Part shown: positions 17,114-24,324 of the stretch, in pieces
Numbering within the stretch: position 1 is the first letter of the stretch
Layout: every line of letters starts with the position of its first letter
Source of the DNA: a virus
Length of the DNA stretch: 64,000 bases
Virus record (IMG/VR): IMGVR_UViG_3300010368_000009
Span: 37,447-101,446 of that record
Direction: 5' to 3' (one strand)
Notes under the pieces: model-generated
Database searches by the model: none
Told to the model about the DNA's origin: nothing
What the model saw: the letters and a program-made list of their open reading frames with translations, nothing else
Position numbers and translations under genes: made by a program

Positions 17114-18442
17114 ATGATTATGCGTCCACCTATTGTTCAATCTGGCGAAACCATTACCGTTTATGTTGATGGCTTGCCTGAAACGATCAACCGCGACCAT
17201 TCCAATTGGGAACGCGTGAAGCAAGCCATTCGTGATGAACAATGGGATCAACTGGTTCCATTGATGAACATCCCGAAAGGACTGGTTCAATATAGTGAAG
17301 GCAACATCACGATTGTTGATGATGTGTTCCTTTTCCGTGGCATTGAAGTTGCGGATTATCTCGTCACGAAGATCATGGAAATGTTTCATGATAAGATGCC
17401 TATCCAGCCAATGGTTCGGTATTTTGAAAACCTGATGACCAATCCGAACCCGGAAGCACGCAAAGACCAATTCAAATGGTTGGAAGCTGGCAACATGCCG
17501 ATCACCGATGATGGTTATGTCATCGGGTACAAGTATGTTGATGAAAACTACAAGTCTTGTCACAACGGCGTTTGGGAACTGAAGGGTGGCAAGGATTGGA
17601 TTCTCAATACTGGTCGGTATTATGATCACGTTATTGGTTCCATTGTTACCATGCCACGTGAAAAGTGTGATGAAAACAGCCGCGCTACCTGTTCGACTGG
17701 TCTTCACTTCTGTTCGTTCTCGTATCTGAACTCTGGATATACGAAGTCCAAACGAATTGTTCTGGTCAAGATCAATCCGCGTGACATTGTTGCGGTTCCA
17801 GCCGATTATTCATTCGCCAAGGCTCGGTGCTGTGAATATGAAGTTATTACTGAAATCGATGTTCAAGAACACGGTGATATTCTGGCCGGGAAGCGTGTTG
17901 TTCGTGCTTCGCAAAAGATTACCACTCTTGATGATCTGATCTTCTCGCCAACACCGGCAGCTGTCGAAACTGATGCAGAGCGTCATGATCGTATTCTTGA
18001 AGAAGAGGAAGATGAACTTTATGAGGATCAATACAGTCTTCATGAAGATCATGTTGATTTTGATCGTGACGATGACGATGAAGACGTTGATGATGGTGAA
18101 ACTGAAACCTTCTACCATGAAGCAACGGATCAACGGTTCACTGCGGCTGAAGTATTGAACCTGTTGAGCAAATATGGTTCACAAGGTGCGGTTGCCCGTG
18201 AAACTTGTATTCCTCGATCAACGTTTGGTGGATGGTTGAACAAGATTACGGAAGATCGCGAATCATCTTCTGAAGTTCAACTTTCGTTTTTCCACGAAGG
18301 CACCAACCAAACCTTTACGGCACAAGGGGTTCTTGACCTGCTGTCCGCTCATGGTTCACAGGGTGCAGTTGAACGCAACATCGGTATTCCTCGATCCACT
18401 CTTCGTGGATGGTTGAACCGGATAGAAGCAGCCAACGGCTAA
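17114..18442 (+). CDS. rIIB: rIIB-like protein with duplicated C-terminal HTH
   Basis: ITDDGYVIGYK, MPREKCDEN..TCSTGLH, VKINPRDIVAVPADY...KARCCEYEV. Confidence 0.9.
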   Translation: MIMRPPIVQSGETITVYVDGLPETINRDHSNWERVKQAIRDEQWDQLVPLMNIPKGLVQYSEGNITIVDDVFLFRGIEVADYLVTKIMEMFHDKMPIQPMVRYFENLMTNPNPEARKDQFKWLEAGNMPITDDGYVIGYKYVDENYKSCHNGVWELKGGKDWILNTGRYYDHVIGSIVTMPREKCDENSRATCSTGLHFCSFSYLNSGYTKSKRIVLVKINPRDIVAVPADYSFAKARCCEYEVITEIDVQEHGDILAGKRVVRASQKITTLDDLIFSPTPAAVETDAERHDRILEEEEDELYEDQYSLHEDHVDFDRDDDDEDVDDGETETFYHEATDQRFTAAEVLNLLSKYGSQGAVARETCIPRSTFGGWLNKITEDRESSSEVQLSFFHEGTNQTFTAQGVLDLLSAHGSQGAVERNIGIPRSTLRGWLNRIEAANG

Positions 18443-18478
18443 CGTTCCCCCAGACGTTATGTTGACGGTTGCATCGGA

Positions 18479-18511
18479 GAATGGCTCTTGGAAACAAGGG
18501 CCATTCTTTTT
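18479..18511 (+). terminator. intrinsic terminator after rIIB
   Basis: GAATGGCTCTTG-GAAA-CAAGGGCCATTC-TTTTT. Confidence 0.8.
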
Positions 18512-18571
18512 ATGTAAACTTTGAAATATTTTTATTGACTCTATTGGTGATTTGCCTATAAGTAACATGAT

Positions 18572-18647
18572 GCGGATGTAGCTCAGTTGGCAGAGCGACA
18601 GATTTCCAATCTGTATGTCGTCGGTTCGAACCCGTCCATCCGCTCCA
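18572..18647 (+). tRNA. tRNA-Gly(TCC)
   Basis: ACAGA-TT TCC AA-TCTGT anticodon arm; U73 and CCA; promoter TTGACT-N16-TATAAGT upstream. Confidence 0.93.
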
Positions 18648-18653
18648 AGATTT

Positions 18654-18731
18654 GGTGCTGTAGCTCAGTTGGGAGAGCGCCACGCTCATAACGTGGGTCA
18701 GTCATCGGTTCGAGTCCGATCAGCACTACCA
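18654..18731 (+). tRNA. tRNA-CAT (elongator Met or Ile2)
   Basis: CCACG-CT CAT AA-CGTGG anticodon arm; A73 and CCA. Confidence 0.9.
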
Positions 18732-18904
18732 ATTCCATCGAAAGATGGAAACATTAACTTGCGGTTGCTACAGTTCCTCACCTGAAGAGATAGGCCGGTA
18801 GCATTAAATTAAATGGATGCGTTCAGCCGTATTTTATACTTGACTTATAGAAATTCAACCTGTATACAGATAATACAGAAACAACATACAAGGTAATAAA
18901 CATC

Positions 18905-19051
18905 ATGGCAAAGCACGCATCTGGTAATACTCATGTCGTTGGTGTACGTAAGCGCACCAGCATTGGTAACTCCTTCCGTTCGGGCGACAAGTCCAAGAAT
19001 GCGAAAAGCCGTAATGGTTCTCGCTTCACACGTGGTCAAGGTCGTCCGTGA
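18905..19051 (+). CDS. small basic protein ending RGQGRP (48 aa, not in ORF track)
   Basis: MAKHASGNTHVVGVRKRTSIGNSFRSGDKSKNAKSRNGSRFTRGQGRP; AAGG RBS; codons such as CGT, GGT and AAG suggest high expression. Confidence 0.75.
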   Translation: MAKHASGNTHVVGVRKRTSIGNSFRSGDKSKNAKSRNGSRFTRGQGRP

Positions 19052-19070
19052 ATAAAATGCAGTAACGGGG

Positions 19071-19099
19071 TTGACTTTATATAGATCGCCCTGTATAGT
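19071..19099 (+). promoter_or_regulatory. sigma70 promoter of the ncRNA region
   Basis: TTGACT-N17-TATAGT. Confidence 0.75.
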
Positions 19100-19107
19100 A
19101 TAAATCA

Positions 19108-19165
19108 TCGGCGGGGAGTTACTTCCTAGTAACTCCCCGCCGAAAGAATTGAATGCTCTTTGACA
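19108..19165 (+). promoter_or_regulatory. boxB-like hairpin plus boxA antitermination element
   Basis: Perfect 16-bp hairpin at 19108-19143, then TGCTCTTTGACA at 19154-19165, one mismatch from the rrn boxA TGCTCTTTAACA. Confidence 0.65.
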
Positions 19166-19174
19166 TTGTTGTGT

Positions 19175-19748
19175 GAAGCTTAGAACAGCTTCCGTTGGAG
19201 CATCGGGATAGATACTCCTTGTTTAACGAAAATAAACACTGTTGTGCTATTGGCATGGTATGATGGGTTCCGGTGTTTCATCGCAAGTTGTTCTAAAAGT
19301 TTGTTGACACAGATGCATGTGTTGTATTGGTGACCATAACCGGAGTACGGGGCGGAACTTTTACTGATCATTGCGGAATGCCTAGTTTAAATGGCGTGTG
19401 TCAAAGCCGGTGTCCCGTTTAAATCTGGGGATGTGACCGGCCTCGTCATCTTACAAAAGAGAGTCCAAACGTTTTCTAGAAACGACAAAAACTCAGCTCT
19501 GGTGGCCACAGAGAACCGGATATTCTCTTAATAGAGATAGCTTCGGGTGACGAGATATAGTTTTCGTGTACTGACTAGAGTGCACACAAGTTCCCTTCGG
19601 GGAAGGCATCTTATGGTGTCTTAGTGAATGGACTGACAAAAGAGAATATGGGCGGTAACCTGTAGGATCACAAATCAGTCGCCTTTACCGAGGAAAATCG
19701 GTTATTGTCATTCTGTTGGCATCACCACCAGAGTGGCTTACAGTCGGG
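19175..19748 (+). ncRNA. large structured ncRNA (or several adjacent RNAs), family unassigned
   Basis: No credible ORF; nested helices such as TTAGAACAGCTT/AAGTTGTTCTAA, TTGACACA/TGTGTCAA, CTCGTCATC/GGTGACGAG and a CUUCGG tetraloop. Confidence 0.6.
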
Positions 19749-19750
19749 AA

Positions 19751-19881
19751 TTAGTTTAGAGATGGGACGTAGCTCAATATGGTAGAGCTTCTTAATCCCG
19801 GCCACTTTGGAAAACGAACTGGTCCGGTAATGTCAAACGTTGTATGCGGGTTCGATTCCCGTCGCCTGTCATCTAAACTAG
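19751..19881 (+). ncRNA. tRNA-like RNA A (D and T arms, expanded anticodon region, no CCA)
   Basis: TAGCTCAATATGGTAGAGC; GCGGG-TTCGATT-CCCGT; closing TAGTTTAGA/TCTAAACTA. Confidence 0.7.
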
Positions 19882-19911
19882 CTGTTTCGTCCAAATGGAC
19901 AACAATAACTA

Positions 19912-19996
19912 TGCGTGCCGACTTAGACACATAGTCCGTAATACAAATGAGTGTCTGGATACGGTTGTAATGGGTTCGACTCCCGGTAGGCATGCA
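19912..19996 (+). ncRNA. tRNA-like RNA B (T-arm plus pseudoknot)
   Basis: TGCGTGCC/GGCATGCA; TGGG-TTCGACT-CCCG; crossing stems TAGACAC/GTGTCTG and CCGTA/TACGG. Confidence 0.55.
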
Positions 19997-20007
19997 AATG
20001 ATCTTAT

Positions 20008-20129
20008 AGTCGTTGGCTGTATTATCAGAAACAACACAAGGCCGTTGAGAATCCAGCGTGTTGTTTCTGGTAGGTGTCTAGATGGATATAGCTACCATCT
20101 AAGGAGTTCAAGTCTCTTAACGACTGCCA
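20008..20129 (+). ncRNA. tRNA-like RNA C with CCA end, long variable arm and no D-arm
   Basis: AGTCGTT/AACGACT-G-CCA; AGGAG-TTCAAGT-CTCTT; AGATGG/CCATCT; 14-bp central stem. Confidence 0.7.
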
Positions 20130-20131
20130 AT

Positions 20132-20256
20132 AATATCGAGTGAAGCACTGTCATAACATAGTTCGCGCAGAGGCTTATTATTTCGGGCTGGTATACTGAT
20201 GTGGAGTAGCGTAAGCTGACACCGATTAGTAATCAGTCAGGAATATACTCGGTATT
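20132..20256 (+). ncRNA. structured RNA D
   Basis: 11-bp closing stem AATATCGAGTG/TACTCGGTATT; internal ACTGAT/ATCAGT. Confidence 0.45.
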
Positions 20257-20281
20257 TTGTCAAGACAAATATACCTTATGA

Positions 20282-20371
20282 TTATGGGGTTGATCGATAA
20301 TGCTCAGTCTGGTAGAGCTTTCTTACAAAAACTAGGAAGGTCGTTGGTTCAAATCCAACTCGGTCGCATAA
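20282..20371 (+). ncRNA. tRNA-like RNA E (pseudo-tRNA, no CCA)
   Basis: GCTCAGTCTGGTAGAGC D-arm; GTTGG-TTCAAAT-CCAAC T-arm; TGATCGA/TCGGTCG; A-rich non-canonical anticodon loop. Confidence 0.7.
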
Positions 20372-20375
20372 ATAC

Positions 20376-20546
20376 TATCTATCAGTGCACGGGGTATGTG
20401 CACGCCTATATGTGAATCGCCCGTCCATCATCTGGTTACTGAGTAACAAGTAGGTAACAAATGGAGCAACGGGGGCAGTGAAGCAAGCGTTGAAAGTCGT
20501 CGAGGTTATGTAGACGATGGTTGGTTCGAATCCAATCTGATAGATA
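20376..20546 (+). ncRNA. tRNA-like RNA F (171 nt, large insert in place of the anticodon arm)
   Basis: TATCTATCAG/CTGATAGATA; TGCAC-GGGGTAT-GTGCA; TCGTC/GACGA; GTTGG-TTCGAAT-CCAAT. Confidence 0.65.
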
Positions 20547-20679
20547 TAATGGTGGCGTCATCTAGGAGCGGTGAAGTGTGCGTTCCGGGTGTTGCAGGCA
20601 TGCAAACCTATGCGGCAGTCCTTTTCCGAGGGCGAGTCGATTCTAGTCGTTTAACGAGCGACATGGCACCCCATCATTA
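20547..20679 (+). ncRNA. structured RNA G
   Basis: TAATGGTGG/CCATCATTA closing stem; CTAGGA/TTCTAG; GC-rich and non-coding. Confidence 0.45.
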
Positions 20680-20692
20680 AACGAGAAACATA

Positions 20693-21493
20693 ATGTTTTG
20701 GATAGTACAAGAAGATTTATATAACGAATACAATTATGATTCGTTTCTTGATTCGTTGAAAAGAATGAATATTGATCATGTATTGGTCAAGCCAATTCCA
20801 TTTACCAATACACTGGTTGATGAAGATCAAATTCATATCGATGATACCAAACCGATAATCGTATCAGGATCAATGGGATTAGTTCGTGTGGCTCGCCGTA
20901 GAGGTTGGAAGCCCGGATCATTCCTTGATGAAGATTTCGAATTCACTCAATGGCGTGATGGCTTCGGTAAAAAACATTGTATGAATGGATGGGGCAAGGT
21001 CAGTAAATTACGGGATGCATCTTTTTCCGGTAGCGATATATTCGTTCGTCCGACAGCTGATAATAAATCTTTCAACGGAACTATTATGAACCGGGAAGAG
21101 TTTATTTGCTGGCGTGACCATTATGCGGACATCGAACCAACCGATGAATTTCAATTACTCCATGCTGATACAGAAATTATGTTATGTCAGCCTAAAAACA
21201 TTTCGGCTGAATACAGATTCTTTATCGCTGGTGGCCAAATTCTAACCGGAAGCCTGTATTCTAGAAATAGACGCGTCCTTTATCAAGAATGTGTTGATGC
21301 AGGGCCGATAGCATTCATCAATGCAATGATCGCCATATATCAACCAGCGGAAGCATTCGTTCTAGATATAGCTTATATTCATGGTGAGTATAAAATAATT
21401 GAAGTTAATAATTTCAATTCATCTGGTTATTATGCTTGTGATGTTCAGAAAATCATTGACGGGGTTGAACAATTAACTTACAAGTATGAATAA
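20693..21493 (+). CDS. ATP-grasp domain protein (DUF4343/R2K-like)
   Basis: FVRPTADNKSFNG, EYRFFI, FVLDIA..YKIIEVNNFNSSGYY. Confidence 0.8.
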   Translation: MFWIVQEDLYNEYNYDSFLDSLKRMNIDHVLVKPIPFTNTLVDEDQIHIDDTKPIIVSGSMGLVRVARRRGWKPGSFLDEDFEFTQWRDGFGKKHCMNGWGKVSKLRDASFSGSDIFVRPTADNKSFNGTIMNREEFICWRDHYADIEPTDEFQLLHADTEIMLCQPKNISAEYRFFIAGGQILTGSLYSRNRRVLYQECVDAGPIAFINAMIAIYQPAEAFVLDIAYIHGEYKIIEVNNFNSSGYYACDVQKIIDGVEQLTYKYE

Positions 21494-21507
21494 AGAGGAT
21501 AACATTG

Positions 21508-21909
21508 ATGACAACAATGGTTTGGCTCGACGAAGAGAATAAAATAGCCTATACGGATTATGACCGTAATGATAGTCGTGTCGAATCGCGTGCGCAAGAT
21601 GTTCCAAGCGGAACCACACCGGGTGATAAACTTTATATTGTTTCGGTGGTTTATGAGTGGTATGATTCTGAAAGTCGTGAAGGTCCGTATTCCAAAGTTA
21701 TAGCGATGACGGTTGATGTTGTTGCTGTTGCAAAGTTGAAAATTGCTTTGAACGAATTATTGTTCGGTAGAAAACGGTATGACAATGATAAGGATCATAC
21801 GGTTGAGTCTAAGATCGAATTCGAAGGCTATATGATCAATTATGGTGAATTCTTGGGATGGGGAACATCCGCAAAAGAATTAAAACTTGAAGTTTACAAC
21901 GTGGTGTGA
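21508..21909 (+). CDS. hypothetical protein
   Basis: GAGG RBS; co-oriented with neighbours. Confidence 0.65.
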   Translation: MTTMVWLDEENKIAYTDYDRNDSRVESRAQDVPSGTTPGDKLYIVSVVYEWYDSESREGPYSKVIAMTVDVVAVAKLKIALNELLFGRKRYDNDKDHTVESKIEFEGYMINYGEFLGWGTSAKELKLEVYNVV

Positions 21910-21911
21910 TT

Positions 21912-22211
21912 ATGAAGCAAGAAATTTTAGATAAGTGGATTGCCAGACTTCGTGATCCATCAGCGAAGAAGGCCCGTGGGCAACTGTGGAATAAAAGCGG
22001 CATGTGCTGCTTGGGTCATCTTGGTGATGTCTGCGGTTTGTCTAAGTCTGATATGTCGAATGGAAACGGCGAGTCAATGCTACACCTTGATATGGCGTTT
22101 CTCCAAAAGGTTGAACTTCCGACTTCCCTATCAACGGAATTAGCTGATTTGAATGATACAAAAGCTGGTTTCCCCATCGATGAGATAATTAAACTAGTAC
22201 CGACCGATTGA
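21912..22211 (+). CDS. phage hypothetical protein
   Basis: KWIARLR...GQL...MCCLGHL...LADLND motif pattern. Confidence 0.65.
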   Translation: MKQEILDKWIARLRDPSAKKARGQLWNKSGMCCLGHLGDVCGLSKSDMSNGNGESMLHLDMAFLQKVELPTSLSTELADLNDTKAGFPIDEIIKLVPTD

Positions 22212-22219
22212 AAAATAGA

Positions 22220-22600
22220 ATTTGTACTAAACTGGACGCAGGTCCGATGAAACTGCGGCGGGAAGTAGCTACCTTAGCCGTATGGAGGATATGTACAAAT
22301 ACGGGTGCATTAGAGGAAGTTACTAATGCAGTAAAAAAGGAACGAAGCGTGATCCCTTGTTCCACCCACCATTATTAGTAGGCCGTCAGTCTAACCGTTT
22401 CTGAAGGTAAAAGCGAAGGTTATAAAGCATCCGCTGCCTACACGGTGGTTCTTGATAACAGTTATCAAGAATATGATGTGCCTTATCAATGGCTCTGGGG
22501 TACATCATTAAAAACCCATTAGCTGGCCCTTTCGAGGCATGCCATAGACAAATATCGAACGTTGTATAGTACACAGCGAAACCGCGATTGTCGGTCGGGG
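22220..22600 (+). ncRNA. cluster of small structured RNAs, one ending in ACCA
   Basis: ATTTGTAC/GTACAAAT; GGGT...ACCC-ACCA; GTAGGC/GCCTAC; ATGATGTGCC/GGTACATCAT. Confidence 0.45.
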
Positions 22601-22646
22601 GAGAGATTGATTGGCGAATAGGTCAATAATCTCTCCCCTTTTTTTA
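22597..22646 (+). terminator. intrinsic terminator
   Basis: GGGGAGAGATT...AATCTCTCCCC followed by a T-run. Confidence 0.7.
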
Positions 22647-23276
22647 TCTAGTTTTGAATGATACTGTGATATTGTTCGGATCAACCGGCCAATGACCGTC
22701 ACTCTTGCATGAATAAGAGATATCTTCTGGCCAAGCACCGGGAATATTATCTAGTGCTTTGTTGATAAGTTCATCAGTTTGTCGTGCTGTATCACTTACA
22801 ACTTTACGCTCGCCCAGTTTCTTCATGATTTCACTGAACTCGCTGCCTTTATTAAAGAGGTTTTCATTTAATGTGCGGAACCCCATTTGATTGAAATCAC
22901 CACTCAATAACTCTTTTAATGTTTTGCGGTGCTTGCGCGCCATCTTCTTATCCAACGATGATGTCACATCCATGAATCGCTGCATCTTATCATCTGGCAA
23001 ATCATTGATATAATCGTAGGTGTGTTTCAGCATTTTATCAACTTTGAGATAAGGCGGAAGATCATTGAACTCTGGTCCTACATCGGCATCGGTTCTATAT
23101 GTTTCTTCCATATGCTCTTCTTCGCATTCTGGATACTCGTCGGAATCGGGACATTCGGGTGTAGCATCCACGAAGGAGTCATTATTAAATAGCGCGTTCA
23201 CAATAGGACGCACTAATACTTCTGCCATGGTTTTGGCGATAGCTTCTCTTTCGTCTTCATTAAGATAAATTTGCAT
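22644..23276 (-). CDS. hypothetical protein
   Basis: 210-aa ORF with an AAGG RBS. Confidence 0.65.
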   Translation of the reverse strand: MQIYLNEDEREAIAKTMAEVLVRPIVNALFNNDSFVDATPECPDSDEYPECEEEHMEETYRTDADVGPEFNDLPPYLKVDKMLKHTYDYINDLPDDKMQRFMDVTSSLDKKMARKHRKTLKELLSGDFNQMGFRTLNENLFNKGSEFSEIMKKLGERKVVSDTARQTDELINKALDNIPGAWPEDISYSCKSDGHWPVDPNNITVSFKTR

Positions 23277-23322
23277 GGGTGATTAACCTTTCGTTTGCTA
23301 TAAGTATAATATGATAATTTAC

Positions 23323-23397
23323 GCAGTATTAGTTATAAGGGTAGAACAAGACCGTGCCATGGTCTAGGTGACGGTTCGAATCCGTCATACCGCTCCA
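23323..23397 (+). tRNA. tRNA-Gly(GCC)
   Basis: AGACC-GT GCC AT-GGTCT anticodon arm; GACGG-TTCGAAT-CCGTC; U73 and CCA; one A:C mismatch in the acceptor stem. Confidence 0.85.
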
Positions 23398-23398
23398 A

Positions 23399-23995
23399 TT
23401 ATCTTAATATTTTCAATGTATTGATATAAGTCCTGACCTTGCTGCAAAGCAAAGTCACACCACCTTCGTTTCCGGGGATTGTTTCATATGTGTATTCGTG
23501 TCGATCAAGTAATGATTTGACGGTTGTGTCAATCTCTATTGATTGTTCTAATGTATGTACTCGACCCTTTGGGTTAAATTGTTTTACTCTATTCAAGAAA
23601 AAGTTTTTATTGTCGTGCTGATCATATTGCCATTTGACCAAATCATCAAACGCTTGTGGATAATGTTCGCCTCTATAGATAGAACATAATAGTAATGGGC
23701 TATCGGTGATGATTGCATCAACCTTGCCTCTTAGCATTTCAATCCGGTTGGTTTGTTTGCCCAATAGATATATTTGATTAGCTAGCGTTTTGTTTCGTTC
23801 TTCCCATACTAGTTCTTTTGCATATTCAGTAACGAGTTCAACATTGTATCCATGTTGTTTGAGATGACCAAATAATAGGGCGGCAGATGTTGATTTACCA
23901 CTTCCGGGTCCACCAAATAAATTAATCACCAAAGGCTTTAAAGGAATCATTTTTATCTCCGTGTTCTTTTTATTATATGACATGTAAAACCCCAT
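23399..23995 (-). CDS. P-loop kinase/ATPase (AAA_28, NadR-kinase-like)
   Basis: VINLFGGPGSGKST, VTEYAKEL, IITDSPLLL. Confidence 0.8.
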   Translation of the reverse strand: MGFYMSYNKKNTEIKMIPLKPLVINLFGGPGSGKSTSAALLFGHLKQHGYNVELVTEYAKELVWEERNKTLANQIYLLGKQTNRIEMLRGKVDAIITDSPLLLCSIYRGEHYPQAFDDLVKWQYDQHDNKNFFLNRVKQFNPKGRVHTLEQSIEIDTTVKSLLDRHEYTYETIPGNEGGVTLLCSKVRTYINTLKILR

Positions 23996-24059
23996 CCTAT
24001 GCCTCTAAGTATATCACTGACAGAATAAATATGCCTGTCGATAATTTGGAGAGACATAA

Positions 24060-24317
24060 ATGAGTGCTAATAAAAAAGACGATACAGCCGAACACAACCC
24101 CGGTGCAGAAGTCGCCGCGACGAACCCAAGTCAAGAAAAGGCTAATTTGCCACTTGAAGATTTGGTGGTTCAAGATGGAGTCATCATGCTTCAGCTGGTT
24201 GATCGACTCTTTAAAAATGGTGGCGTCCAAGGCCGTGAAGCCCTTCCGGTTGGTATCTTACGTCAAAAGATCAGTGAGTCTTTGGCTAAGCAGGGTGTTA
24301 CGGAACAACAAGGATAA
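24060..24317 (+). CDS. hypothetical late protein
   Basis: ATAAATA box and GGAG RBS upstream. Confidence 0.7.
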   Translation: MSANKKDDTAEHNPGAEVAATNPSQEKANLPLEDLVVQDGVIMLQLVDRLFKNGGVQGREALPVGILRQKISESLAKQGVTEQQG

Positions 24318-24324
24318 TAATTAC

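Noticed and set aside
18745-18815. Hammerhead (CTGAAGAG) or HDV/theta ribozyme (CAG-TTCCTCAC-CTG) after the tRNA
   Set aside because: Could not build the required stems or pseudoknot; conserved core residues are missing
19175-20130. tmRNA or RNase P RNA
   Set aside because: No Ala-type G3-U70 acceptor ends or tag ORF, and no GAGGAAAGUCC/ACAGAA P4 signature found by eye; a covariance search is still advisable
19180-20143. Short ORFs from the track in the ncRNA region
   Set aside because: No RBS, atypical composition, and they overlap clear RNA helices and T-arms
22236-22272. SRP RNA-like CAGGTCC...GGAAGTAGC
   Set aside because: The flanking bases do not pair as in SRP helix 8, there is no GNRA tetraloop, and an alternative GCAG/CTGC hairpin fits
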